A stretch of 63,967 nucleotides of DNA, filler included, from Chiloscyllium plagiosum (lineage: Eukaryota): assembly GCF_004010195.1 (NCBI RefSeq). It is 5 parts of one record of this genome, joined end to end, with 100 filler letters (N's around TTAATTAATTAA, not from the genome) between each part and the next. Parts side by side here need not be neighbours in the genome. Positions count along the whole stretch, not along the records: positions 20,832 to 41,289 come from NC_057714.1; positions 41,390 to 50,802 come from NC_057714.1; 3 more parts are not named here. One strand, 5' to 3'. Of the stretch, positions 37,626 to 50,587 are shown piece by piece (the stretch's first letter is position 1; each line of letters starts with the position of its first letter). The notes beneath the pieces were generated by a model, which was not told the origin of the DNA, searched no databases, and saw only the letters and a list, made by a program, of their open reading frames with translations. A program made the translations under genes and the position numbers.

Positions 37626-38030
37626 GGGAGGTGATGGCCCAGTGATATTATCGCTAGACTATCATGCCCGAAACGTCAATTCTCCTGCTCCTTGGATGCT
37701 GCCTGTCCTATCAATCCTGAGTCCTAAGTAATATCCTGAGCAACAAGGTTCAAATCTTACTATTGCAGGTGGTGAAGTTTGAATTTTAAAAATTGGAATT
37801 AAAGTTTAATGTTGATTGTGAAACCATTGTTGATTGTCAATGAAGATCCATTGGTTCACTACCATCCTTTAGGGAAGGAAACTGCATTCCTTGGTTGGTC
37901 TGGCCTGCATGTGACTGCAGACCCACAGCAATGTGGCTGACTCTTAACTGCCATTTTGACAATTAGGGATGGGCAATAAATACTGGCCTAGCCAGTGACA
38001 CCTATATTCCTTGGATTTTTTTTTTTAATT
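37626..38030 (+). mobile_element. tRNA-headed SINE sharing its 3' tail with the CR1/L2-group LINE
   Basis: A-box-like TGGCCCAGTG and B box GGTTCAAATC. The body is similar to the reverse copy at 42130-42434; the tail is GGGCAATAAAT.CTGGCC. Confidence 0.75.
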
Positions 38031-40679
38031 CACATCTGCACAGTTAGAGAGATTTCATCTTCCACTGTCCTTGAGGGAGCCTCACAAACTTCAGGTATGA
38101 ATGAGAAACCGAAAGCATTATGAATTTCCTCTCAGCTTCAGCGATTCAAGTGTTGATGAACCATAGTAAACTCTCTCATGTCCTCTTTAATTAGAAATCT
38201 GCCTTTGACAGAATGAGCATGACTGCTCAGTGAACCCAGAACTAAGATGCTAATGTAATGATTCTGGGATAGCACAATAATTAGGGAATGAGGTTCCCAA
38301 CACTCGAATTCTCCCAGTATCCTGTCAGGAATATTCCACCTTATTAATTAAAACCTACAGGCATTTAAAATATACCAAAAAAAAGCTCTCACCTGGAGCT
38401 AGTTTAATCAAAATTAGAACAGCGCATGAAATAATATCAGGCAAGTCTGTTTTTTCTCTTTATCAAACCAAAGACAATTGTTTTTGTTTCATAAATATGT
38501 ATTTTCTTGAATCTAGGATAAAAGTGTCTTTACTTTCTTCAATTTGTCATTTTCTGGAAACTTGATAATCGACAGGTACTAAGAGACTAAAATTCATTGT
38601 CACAAAATGTCTATGCGCTCAAAATCCAGTCATAAATTATTGGTTTTACTGAAAACCATTGTAGTAAATTCAGTCCCCCCAAAAAATGAGTCATGGCACT
38701 GACACTTATTCCATTGCACACTTGGTTGGGGGAGCAGATAATATTGTCATATCCTCCAAACTGGATTTGCTATTGTGAACAATACCACCTACAGCTCACC
38801 CGAAAATTGATGTGTCCTCAGGATTTAAATAATGTAGTAGTTAATTTTAGAATAGAACTCAAAGGTGCTACATCATACCACAGTCAGAACTATGCAGAAG
38901 GGTACATTTTTGTATCCTGCTGAGCTGAGCTGTTACCATGACAATGATGCAAATTCAACCCAATCATAGAAGCTAGGGGAAAGCAAATCTGTAATTTCAA
39001 CATCACAAAGAGATTTTAACAAAAATTCAAACATAGCCCTTTTATGTGACAGAAACACTCAAATTAAAATATTTCTTATGGATAAAAAATGCAATTTTTT
39101 AAAAATTATGCTCCGAAGTTCTCTAAAAGCTTATTTGTGTCATAAAATAATTGTAATTTATTATGTTTCCACTGCCATTCCTGATATCTCAAATTAGATA
39201 TGATGTTTGAACATCTGAAATGATTGATTACACAATGCATTTAAACACACACTGGCATTGTGCGGTAAGACCCTTAGTTGCTAATGCACTCTGCTAGATG
39301 GTAAACCATTTTTGATTAGAAACATATCAAGTGCAGACAAGGATTCTGCAAACAAACACTGCGGCAAGTTGGGAAATCTATGCGGTTTCAGTTTGCATCA
39401 ACGAGAGTGAAAACTCAATTCAAATAATTTTCATTTTTTTGGGAAGTCTTGTAAGACAAGAAGTTGTCAACGGGAATTAAAGTGAAAAATAAATTGTGCA
39501 ATTACACAATTATTTTAACTTTTTTATATTCATAATTCAAGCATATCTTTGGTCTTTTTGAACTGGCAAACCAGTTCACAGCCAAGCTGAATTATTTCCA
39601 TAATGCTCTTTCCTTCACTTCTGCCATTAAAACAGTATTATCTCAGTTTATGTTACTGCCATAATATAATGACTATCACATATTAAAACATCCCCTTACA
39701 TTGCAGTAATTTTATTGATGCAGCATTATGGTTGAACGTACTACTACCGATTGTAAAATGGGTGAAAGGAAACAGGATGTCTATTATACACATCCCCTGA
39801 TTTTCTTTTTTACCAATTAAGTAATGCATAATAGATCAGCCAATCCACTATGGTCCATTTTACACCTTTGTCAAAGTTGACAGTTCCACCCTAATATTAC
39901 ACCAATAAAAAACAGTAAGAAACAATGATATTGCAGTTATGTTCAACTGACTTGAGCATCTAAAAGTCAAATTAACACAAGAATAAAAATATTAACTCTT
40001 ATCCTCACTTCTCCTTTTTTCCCTAATTTCTCACTTTGATGCATGTTTTAATAAATAATTTCCTATTCTCTATGAGCAATACATTACCAATAAAAATCCT
40101 TTTTCTTATTTTTTAACAGTAAGTGTATTGTAACAATAGTAAGAGTCTGCACTGTAAAATACATGAAGTCTAATTAAATAGCACAGTTCACAGTTAGATA
40201 TGCTAATGTAATTTAGTTCCATCTGATATAGTCTCACTTCTCTCAGAACTGTGATGATAATTTGTAATTGTTCTTTTCATTACGTTCATTAGCACCATGA
40301 CTGACTGTCTTAAAATACCCACTTTCCACATTGGCTATACAGTTTAATGTGGCCTTAGGAAATAAAACTCCCCATTGCTCATTAATCCACTCTTGGAGAG
40401 GCAGGAAAGTATTCTACAAGTGATTTCCACAATTGACCACCTTTTCTCATGTCTACTATTCATTAAAATTAATCATGAATGTTGCTAATTAAATCAAGAA
40501 TATTAAAGACTTTGATCCTTCAAATGCATAATGCAAGAATTTCAAATTGTGCTACAAATGATAGTCACTCACATTCCCGTACTAACATATTTAGAAGACT
40601 TCAATATGTCCATGTTAATATCAAACTCCAAGATTATAACTAATACCACAACAGAAGTAAATCACCTGTAGCCTCTGGC

Positions 40680-41505
40680 AGGAAGAGGAGGATAGAGCAG
40701 ATGAATGCATGGCTGAGGAGCTGGTGTACGGGAGAAGGATTCACATCTTTGGATCATTGGAATCTCTTTTGGGGTAGAAGTGACCTGTACAAGAAGGACG
40801 GATTGCACCTAAATTGGAAGGGGACTAATATACTGGAAGGGAAATTTGCAAGAACTGCTTGGGAGGATTTAAACCAATAAGGTGGGGGGTGGGACCCAGG
40901 GAGATAGCGAGGAAAGGGATCGATCTGAGACGGGTACAGCTGAGAACAGAAGTGAGTCAAACAGTCAGGGCAGTCAGGGACAAGGTAGGACTAATAAATT
41001 AAACTGCATTTATTTCAATGCAAAGGGCCTAACGGGGAAGGCAGATGAACTCAGGGCATGGTTAGGAACATGGGACTGGGATATCATAGCAATTACAAAA
41101 ACATGGCTCAGGGATGGGCAGGACTGGCAGCTTAATGTTCCAGGATACAAATGTTACAGGAAGGATAGAAAGGGAGACAAGAGAGGAGGGGGAGTGGTAT
41201 TTTTGATAAGGGATAGCATTACAGCTGTGCTGAGGGAGGATATTACCGGAAATACATCCAGGGAAGTTATTTGGGTGGAACTGAGAAATNNNNNNNNNNN
41301 NNNNNNNNNNNNNNNNNNNNNNNNNNNNNNNNNTTAATTAATTAANNNNNNNNNNNNNNNNNNNNNNNNNNNNNNNNNNNNNNNNNNNNTGGACATGCAT
41401 ATGGTCACAGAAACTTGAGGGTGCATACATGAGGATCAGTGGTCGGCACAACATCGTGGGCTGAAGGGCCTGTTCTGTGCAGTACTGTTCTATGTTCTAT
41501 GTTCT
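40680..41505 (+). mobile_element. CR1 (ORF1 end and APE, gap, 3' tail)
   Basis: Reads DGLHLN and LNCIYFNAKGL..TW..GGGV before the gap, with a (GTTCTAT)n tail after it. Confidence 0.88.
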
Positions 41506-42129
41506 AAATGCAATAAAATAAATAGTAAGTAGGTACCTACAGGAACAGAAAATGGATTAATGTTTAAGATTTGTAAAGGAAGTTAACAGTAAAGCTGTTA
41601 CTAATGGATTGTCACATCAGTGCTAATGCCTTCAGTACGGGCTGTGATTTATTTGACCTTTGCAGCACATCCTTTCATATTCCTGGTCACCAGAAACTGA
41701 TCTGTGCCATTCAAATTGACACTTGGCAAGTGTCCTAACAGAATAACTTATAATCTGCAAAAACATAAATTGGGCTGAAGAGCTGATAAAAATGTTTCTA
41801 CAGCCCTTCCCAGATGAACATTGTTACTCCTATTCCACAAATAGAATGCCCTGGCAGATAAAATATACCAAAATGCTTTCTAGAAACAACCTTTTAATTC
41901 AAAGTTACCTTTTATGACTTTGTGTCTGATTTTATGTGCATTGTTTAGTAGTGTAATTTTTTTAAAAGAAGCTATTAGTATGTGCATCCAAATAGCTTCA
42001 TAATCGCACTTAAAACTTGCAAATAAAATGATTCAAAGAAGAAGGTTGGGGTCAGTAAAGTGTTTATCATCAATGCTTAGGGACATCTTAGTGTCCTTTT
42101 ATAAACCCTGTTCAGGACCAGTTAATGGC

Positions 42130-42434
42130 TTGCTAGGCCATTTCAAATGACAGTTCAGAGTCAACCACATTGCTGTGGGTCTGGAGTCACATGTAGACCA
42201 GACCAGGTGAGGATGGTAGATTTCCTTTCCTGACGGATATTAGTGAAACAGATGGGATTTTCCTGACAATCGACAATAGTTTCATAGTCATCAGTAGATT
42301 CTTAATTCCAAATTTTTTAAATTGGATTGAAATTCCGTCATCTGTGTGGTGAGATTAGGACCTGAGTCCTCAGGACATTACCTGGGCCTCTAGATTAATA
42401 AGTTAGTTATAATACCATGAGGCCATCACCTCCC
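42130..42434 (-). mobile_element. tRNA-headed SINE (same family as 37626)
   Basis: Minus strand begins GGGAGGTGATGGCCTCATGG and contains TGTGACTCCAGACCCACAGCAATGTGGTTGACTCT. Confidence 0.75.
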
Positions 42435-42446
42435 ATGGCCCAGGCA

Positions 42447-42673
42447 CTGAACATTGTGCAATCATTGGCGAACATTCCCACTTCTGACCTTATGATGATG
42501 GGAAAGTCATTGATGAAGCAGCTGAAGATAGTTGGGACTAGGACACTACCCTGAGGAACTCCTACAGCGATGTCCAGGAGCTGAGATGACTGACCTCCAA
42601 CAACCACGACTATCTTCCCAGCTCTGATGAAGAGCATCTGGACTTGAAATGTTAGAGTGCTCCCTCTCCATGG
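42447..42673 (-). repeat. 227-bp inverted duplicate of 44022-44248
   Basis: Reverse-complement match with about 2 mismatches. Confidence 0.92.
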
Positions 42674-45100
42674 TATGATTGACATCACCATCACCCTCAT
42701 TGGATATGTCCTGTGTCACCGGTAGGATAGATTCAGCAGAGGTGGTGGCACAGTGGTATATAGTCAGGAAGGAGTTGCTCTGGGAGTCCTTATGAAGTCT
42801 CATGGCTTCAGATTAAATATGGATAAGGAAACCTCCGGCTGATTATCATGCACTGTCCTCCTCAGCTGATGAATCAGTACTCCTCCATGTTGAACAACAC
42901 TTGGAGGAAGCACTGAGGATGGCAAGGGGACAAAACATACTTTGGTTGGGGTTTTCAATGTCCATTACCAAGAGTGGCTCTGCAGCAGTACTACTGATTG
43001 AGCTGGTCAGGTCCCAAAAGACATAATTGCTCGACTGAGTCTGCAGTAGGTGGGGAGAGAGCCAATATGAGGGAGAAACATACTTGACCTCATCCTCACC
43101 AATCTGCCGACTGCAGATGCATCTGTCCATGACAGTATCAGTAAGAGCGACCACTGCATAGTCCTTGTTGAGACACAGTCTAGCCTTCACATTGAGAATA
43201 ACCTCCGTCATGTGTGGCACTATCAATGTACTAAATGGGACAGAGTTTGAACAGATCCACAAACTCAAGACTGGACATCCAAGTGGCTCTGTGGGCCATC
43301 AACAGCAGCAGAATTGTACTCCAGCACAATCTGTAACCTCACAGCCCAGCAAATCCTCCACTCAACCATTACCATCAAGCCGGGGGATCAAGCCTGATTC
43401 AATGAAGAATGCAGGAGGGACTGGATACTGTAAAGGCTATTGCCCCTGACAACATTCCGGCGACAGTACTGAACACTTGTGTTCCAGAACTTACCGCTCC
43501 CCGAGCCAAGCTGTTCCAGTACAGATACAACACTGGCATGTACCCGACAATGTGAAAATTTGCCCAAGTATGTCCTGTACATCAAAAGCAGGACAAATCC
43601 AAGCCAGCTAATTACCACCCCATCAGTCTACTGTTGATCATCAGTAAAGTGATGGAAGGTGTCATCAACAGTGCTATCAAGCAGCCCCTGCTCAGCAAAA
43701 ACCTGCTCAGTAACGCTCAGTTTGGGTTCCACCAGGATCACTCAGCTCCCGATCTCAATACAGCCTTGGTTCAATATGGACAAAAGAACTGAGTTCCAGA
43801 GGTGAGGTGAGAGTGACAGCCTTTGACATCAAGGTGGCATTTGACTAAATGTGGCATCAAGGAGCCCGAGCAAACCTGGAATCAATGGATAACAGGGATA
43901 AAATTTCCGGTTGTTATAGTCATACCTGACACATAGGAGGTTGGTGGAACAAATTACTGCAGAAGTTGGGATCTGTACTGAAGACAACAAATGCTGGAAA
44001 TCACAACAGATCAGACAGCATCCATGAAGAGGGAGCACTCTAACATTTCAAGTCCAGATGCTCTTCATCAGAGCTGGGAAGATAGTCGTGGTTGTTGGAG
44101 GTCAGTCATCTCAGCTCCTGGACATCGCTGTAGGAGTTCCTCAGGGTAGTGTCCTAGTCCCAACTATCTTCAGCTGCTTCATCAATGACTTTCCCATCAT
44201 CATAAGATCAGAAGTGGGAATGTTCGCCAATGATTGCACAATGTTCAGCACCATGCGTGACTCCTCTGATACTGAAGCAGTCCATGTCCAAATGCAACAA
44301 GATCTGGGAAATATGCAGGCATGGGCTGAAAAGTGGCAAGTGACATTCATGCCACACAAATGCCAGGCTATGACCATCCCCACCAAGAGACAATCAAACT
44401 ACCACCCCTTGACATTCAATGGTATTATCAGCACTGAATCCCCCACTATCAACATCTTGGGAGTTATCATTGATGAAAAAAACTCAACTGGACTTGTCAC
44501 ATAAATGCAGTGGCTTTAAGAGCAGATCGGAGGTTAGGAATATTGTGGCAAGTATCTCACCTCCTGACTTCCCAAAGCCAGTCCACCATCTATAAGGCAC
44601 AAGTCAGGAGTGTGATGGAATACTCCCCACTTGCCTGGCTGAGTGTATCCCCAACAACACTCAAGAAGTTTGACACCATCCAGGACAAAGCAGCCTGTTT
44701 GATAGGCACTGTACCCCACAAGGATCCACCCCCTCCACTGTTGATAGCAGCAGCAGTGTGTACTATCTACAAGATGCACTGCAGAAATTCACCAAAGATC
44801 CTCAGACAGCACTTTCTAAATCATTTCCATCTAGAAGGATAAGGGCAGCAGATACAAAGGAACACTACCACCTTCAAGTTCCTGTCCAGCCTGACTAAAA
44901 AATATATGACCATATCTTCATTGTCGCTTGGTCCAAATCCTGGAATTCCCTCCCTAAGAGCATTTAACTCACAGCAGGTGGACTGTAATGGTTCAAGAAG
45001 GCACCTCACCATCACCTTCTCAAAGGCAACTCGGAATGGACAATAAATGCTGGCCAGACAGCGATGCCCACATCCCACAAATGAATAAATAAATAAAAAT
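42674..45100 (+). mobile_element. CR1/L2-group LINE ORF2 (APE, RT) and 3' tail, degenerate
   Basis: Motifs GGGTVVY, ILDLILTN, NYHPISL, QFGF, DIKVAFD, GVPQGSVL, FAND and VRSVMEY. The tail is (AAAT)n. Confidence 0.88.
43948..44077 (-). mobile_element. Penelope-like terminal fragment inserted in the LINE RT
   Basis: Minus strand reads CTCTGATGAAGAGCATCTGGACTTGAAATGTT...GATGCTGTCTGATCTG...TTCCAGCATTTGTTG. Confidence 0.7.
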
Positions 45101-45519
45101 GTATTGCCGTCTGTATATGGCATAGATGTTATGAATTATACATCCTGGCACATCGAACATCAAGCCCAGAAATCAGTTCATGTAAAATTAAATCATATGA
45201 AATGTATGGAACCTGCTGAATTCACTTAAATGCTTGGCATTCAAGATTGTCATAGGCTCTGACCTGGAAGTAATGCTTCTTAAAATCATCATTGACAGGT
45301 GCACATTTTATTTTTTTACTTTATCTATAGGATATATTTCACACAATCACACATTATTTATTGGTATTTTATTTTATTGGATTTTTTTTGTCTTATTTTT
45401 AATTGGATTTTCAAAAGAATTCCCTCACCTGTGGTTTAAGTCTGTGCAGTATTTAGCATCTATGATTAATTCCTTCCCCATCTTGCTGAAATGTGGAGCT
45501 AAAGATACTGCTAAAACAA

Positions 45520-46570
45520 AGAGGCTTATAATATTGTTAAAAAGGTTAGTAAGCCTGAGTATTGGAAGACTTTAGAATTCAGCAAAACAATACAATGAAA
45601 TAAGGGAACAGACTAAGATATGAGAATAGACGAGAAAGAGATCAACACAGGTTGCACACCTTTCTATACATTTGTACATTGGAAAGAATTAATGAAAATA
45701 AAAGTTGGTCTATTAGAGGCATAGGCTGGTAAAATTATAATGGAAAAGAAAGGAATTGTAGAGGCATTAAACACAGTTTGTATCTACCTTCTTTGTAGAA
45801 GATACAACAAAAAATCCATAAACAATGGGGACCAAAGGAACAAACAGAGAGATCGTTTATGGGAGGTCTAATAAGGGAAGGATCTACACAATAAATAGTA
45901 GGTCTCTGGGGGGGAGTACTGAAGAACAAATTGACCTTGGTAAACAAGTCAATAGATTCCTGAAGCTGTCAACAGAGGTAGACAGGGTAAGTGAAAACGT
46001 CATGTGGAATGCTTGCCTTCATTAGCCGGAATGTATAATACATGAGCAAGGAGACTTTTGTTACAAAACTTTATAAAACATTGGCTAGGCCTCAGGTGCA
46101 ATACTGGAGAGTACTGCAGTTCTGATTGCCACACTTCCAAAAGGATATGATTGCACTGGAGAGGATGCACAGGAGATCCATCAGAATGTTGCCTGGGATG
46201 AAAAATCTCAGTTATGACAAGAGACAATATGGGCTAGGTTTGTTTTCCCTGGAGCAGACAAGGCTGAAGGGAGTGATCTGGCTGAGGTATACAAAATTAT
46301 GAGTGGCATTGACAGAGCCAGATGTGTCTAAGACCAGAGGGTACAAGCTTTAGGTGAAGAGTAATTGGTTTAGAAGAGACCTGAGAAAAGATTATTTCAT
46401 CCTGAGGGGGATGGAAGTATAGAACCTGCTGCCTAAGAGCTTGCAAAATTTAAGAGACATCTGGATGAGCACTTAAAATACCAGGGCATTGTACTGAAAG
46501 GGATTATTATAGTTTGGTGTTTGTTAGTCAGTATTGACATGGTAGGCTAAGGGCTGGTTCTATGCTATGT
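45520..46570 (+). mobile_element. Old CR1 ORF2 fragments and 3' end
   Basis: Degenerate LYKTLARP..YCSS..IALERM..GLFSLEQ. Confidence 0.7.
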
Positions 46571-46659
46571 AGCTCGAAGAATGAGGAATTGTTTTGGTAA
46601 AAATGTATAAGTAAAGAAATACTACTTAATAAGGTTAATTTGCATAACTAAATAGTCTG

Positions 46660-48200
46660 CCTTTATGTTCCATGCTTGCATTCATCTTCACTTCTCCCTT
46701 CATCGGTTTTGTTTAGTCCTCCTTTGCTAGATTCTAAATTGCTCCCAACCCTCAGGCATACCACTTTTTCAGAGATCTTTATAAGCCACTTGCTTTGATT
46801 TAAAGCAATTTTTAAAATTCTTTTGTTAGCCACATTTGATTTACTTTTCCCATTTGGTGTTTGTGCCGAGAGGAAAGTATATCTGTTGTGGATCATGTAT
46901 TTCTTTAAATACTAGTCATTGTCTTTCTAATGTTAAAGCTTATAACTAAAGCTTTTAGTTTATTTTTCCAATTCATCGTAGTAAACTTTCTGCTCATATC
47001 TTCATAATTCCCTTTCTTCAGATTTAAAATTCTAATTTCTGAATGAACTAAGTCATATTCAAACCTCATGTGAAATTCCATCATATTCTTGTCAAAATTG
47101 CAGAATGGCTCCTTCAAATCAAGGTTATTAATTAATCCCTCTTCATGACACGCTAAGTCAAAAATAGCCAGAATCCAAATTGACTCTTCAGCATTCTGAA
47201 CCAGAAAATCTTATCGAAAACATTCCAGAACTTTATCCACTGCAGCATTACTGCTGATTTGGTTAACCCAGTCAACTCAGCCGACGTGTAAATTAAAGTT
47301 GCCCTTTATTACCCACACGACATGTATCTCTAACTTTTTGATTTATACTCTGCCCAACATTGTCACTACAGTTTGCTGCATCTGTAAATATCTCCCATTA
47401 ATGTTCACTACCCCCTTGCTCTTTCTTAACACCAGCCAAATTAATTTCACTTCTTGATCTTTCAATCTAAGTTCCTCTCTGATTAATGTACCTCTTATTA
47501 GGAAGCTTTCCCCATTGCCTTTTCCTTATTGCATATGCCTCCTAATTGCCAACTATTTTTGGATATTCAGTTCCAATCCTACTCACCCTATGGCTACATC
47601 GTCATATTGGCAATTAAGTTGTATCTATTGCCTTCAGTTATAGATTCAAATCATTAGCCTTTTTGTAATGCATTCAGACAGAGTGTCTTTAATTAAGCCG
47701 ATAAATTCTCCCATTCAATGCTTACCATCGTTTTGTCTGGTCTTTATTTTTGCTGCTTACCCTTATACTTCTGTTTCCTGGCTTGTCTTTCTTTGAAACG
47801 GAGGCTCTCTTTAGGTTCCCACTCCCTGCCAATCTAATTTAAACTTTCCTAAACAATGCTAGCAAATCTCCCAGTGAGGATGTTAGCACTGGCCTGTCAA
47901 GATGCAAGCTGTTGATCTTGCACAGATTCCCCCCTGTACCAGAACTAGTTCTAGTACCTCAGCAATCTAAAGCCCTCCCTCCTATACTAGATTTCCAACC
48001 CAGTTTCAAACACTCCATTCTCCCGTTTTTGTGCTCACATTACGAGACTGGTAGGAATTCTAAGATTAATACTTTGGAGGCTATGCTTTGCAATCTCCTT
48101 CCTAACTCCCAGAGATGTTTCCGACCAACATGGAGCACAACTTCTGGTAGTTCAGCCTCCCCAGAAAAATGTCCTGTAGCTGTTCTGTGACATCCTTTCC
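46660..48200 (-). mobile_element. Old CR1 ORF1/APE remnant
   Basis: KEPF..DKNMMEF..LNLKKGNYEDM; the upstream region is esterase-like. Confidence 0.6.
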
Positions 48201-48502
48201 AAAGACACCAGGGAGGCAGCACCTGGATTCACATCATGTTGAACTGATAGCACTGGATAGCAAAAATGAATGTCAACTGTGGACTTGTTGCTCCCTACTG
48301 AGAATCTAACCATGCCACTTGGGAAAAGCTCCAAGATGTGGCAAGGTGATCTCAGTGTCAGGAAGGACTTTTCCAAACATCTCACTGGTTCTACCACTAA
48401 TCTCGCCATAGCCCACACCACTCAGAGCTTGGTATGATGCCATCTGAGGTTTTAATCCCATTGCCCTATTCAGGATCTTTGTTAGGACCTCTGCTTCAAC
48501 AT

Positions 48503-49084
48503 AGAATAGATTAGAATAGCAATTTATTGTTACCTGTATTTTTACAAAAAGACAGTGAGAAGTTTAAAAGTCGCCATACCACAGCAGCTAAATTAATGAC
48601 AGAAGTCATAAATAAGTAAAAAAACAGTAAAGGTTCATCACAGTTCAATGAGTGGTTCCTGGGTTCGGGGTGCCCTAGAAAACTGGACCAAAACAGACAC
48701 GCAGGGCTGGGCTGAGACCACCCCACCACAGCAAAACAGGACCTCCTTGCCAGGCCTAGACCTCCACCCAAGGCTGTTGGAAGATCCAAAAGCTGTCGAG
48801 GAAGACCTACATAGCTGGCTGAGACTGCCACACTGGGATTCTGGTCCACTAGGCAATAGGCCTATACCACCATTCTGGGCCATTGGAAGTCAGCTCGTCG
48901 CTGGGCCTGGACCAGGAGAAGACTCCTTCCATGAAGTTGTTAAAAGAAGGTAAGGTACCATAATAAATGGAAACATTTTTAAAAAGCATAGAAAGAAAAT
49001 AAAGTAAAGCAGACAAAGTAGATGAACTCCGATCTCCTGGCCTGAGGAGCCTGCACTTTGTGTTGCTATTCCACTGCCATTTTG
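48503..49084 (-). mobile_element. Non-autonomous retroposon-like element with (ATTCT)n tail
   Basis: Minus strand starts CAAAATGGCAGTGG and ends GTAACAATAAATTGCTATTCTAATCTATTCT. A related tail is at 13203. Confidence 0.5.
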
Positions 49085-49099
49085 AACACATACAACCCA

Positions 49100-49292
49100 A
49101 CCAGATACGGAACCAGAAATGCCAGAAAACAGTGGCACATAAATACCAGGTGGAACAGATTACTAACGCTTCACAAATGGTGCACTGACGGTGTTACCTA
49201 GCGAGGTGATGAATCTTTTGCTGAAGAACATATCAGCTCTGCGAACAAATCTATGACTACACACAACCCGAGTTAGAAACCTTTTCAAACAC
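49100..49292 (+). mobile_element. Terminal fragment of a second Penelope-like family
   Basis: CACTGACGG-TGTTACC-TAGCGA-GGTGATG-AA is a decayed hammerhead layout. CAGCTCTGCGAACA is related to minus 60168-60197. Confidence 0.55.
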
Positions 49293-50346
49293 TGTAATCT
49301 GGAACATGTTGTGAGGGATGCAAAACAGGACTCAATACTCCAATTTAACCAAGTTACTGATATTTGTACTTTTAAATTTGATTGCCCTTACTATAGCGTT
49401 TTGGCACAGATCATAAACCATTGGCGATTTGTAACAAAGCACCTACTATAAAGACTTTCGTCCCAAATCCTGTACTGTGTTCATACAATCACACTGGCAA
49501 TTAACCCAATCCATAGTTATAATATGGCATCTAGACTGAATGTCCATCTGTCTCCATAAAAATAGTAATTGGAATTCAATATTCATTCAATTGTATAAAA
49601 GACTTTGCAATGGTAATGAAATAAACCTTTAAATATTATCTCTTTTATTAAATATTTATTTAGTTTCCTTCACCAAATGACCTCAAGCAGAGTAGCATTC
49701 TTGGCAGCTACCTGTCTGGAATCTGACCAACAATCAGATTAAATCTGAACATTTTTGCTTCACCCAGTTCCTTAATGTGCTGTACACGATGACGATTTTG
49801 CGAGAAGTAGAAGCAGTTAGATTTGCAAAACGCATGATAGTTTTAAGAAACAGAATGTTTTAGAGAGATTGTACCATCATGTAAAAAGTAATAAAATCTT
49901 AGCTTCCAAACAAAAAAAAAATTAGACATCTTTTCTATGGATACATTAGCCAATCTATTTGACATCTTATTTTTCAGAATGTCTCTGCAGTAATTAGTGA
50001 AGTATCTAGTAAAAATATTTTTATTTCGATTCATCAATTTAATTTTTGAATTTTATCATATAAATATTTGATTTCCACAATTCAAATTGAAACATTAAGT
50101 GGTGCACAATGTAGAGATTTGCTGCCCTCTACAGTACTGATTGGAAAATGCACCAAATGAAAGTTTCAAGGAAGCATGAAGTTTAACAACAATCCTTCAA
50201 CCTCAACGTTATTTAAATGTATACACCATGCTTTGAAGGACATTTTTTACTCAATTATTCATTTTTGGAGTTTTACAGATTTAACCTTGATTTAACCCCT
50301 CAGAACCCATTAACCTGAAACTGAACTAGACTAGCTGTATTAACAG

Positions 50347-50571
50347 AGCTTAAAAATATGTTGCTGGAAAAGCGCAGCAGATCAGGCAGCATCAAAGGAG
50401 AAGGAGAATCGAAGTTTCGGGCATAAGCCCTTCTTCAGGAATGTTCCTAAAGAAGGGCTTATGCCCGAAACGTCGATTCTCCTGCTCCTTTGATGCTGCC
50501 TAACCTGCTGCGCTTTTCCAGCAACATATTTTTAAGCTCTGATCCCCAGCATCTGCAGTTCTCACTTTCTC
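50347..50571. mobile_element. Penelope-like palindromic insertion: 98-bp arms, 16-bp TSD
   Basis: Arms at 50344-50441 and 50444-50541. CTAGCTGTATTAACAG occurs at 50331 and 50572. Confidence 0.9.
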
Positions 50572-50587
50572 CTAGCTGTATTAACAG

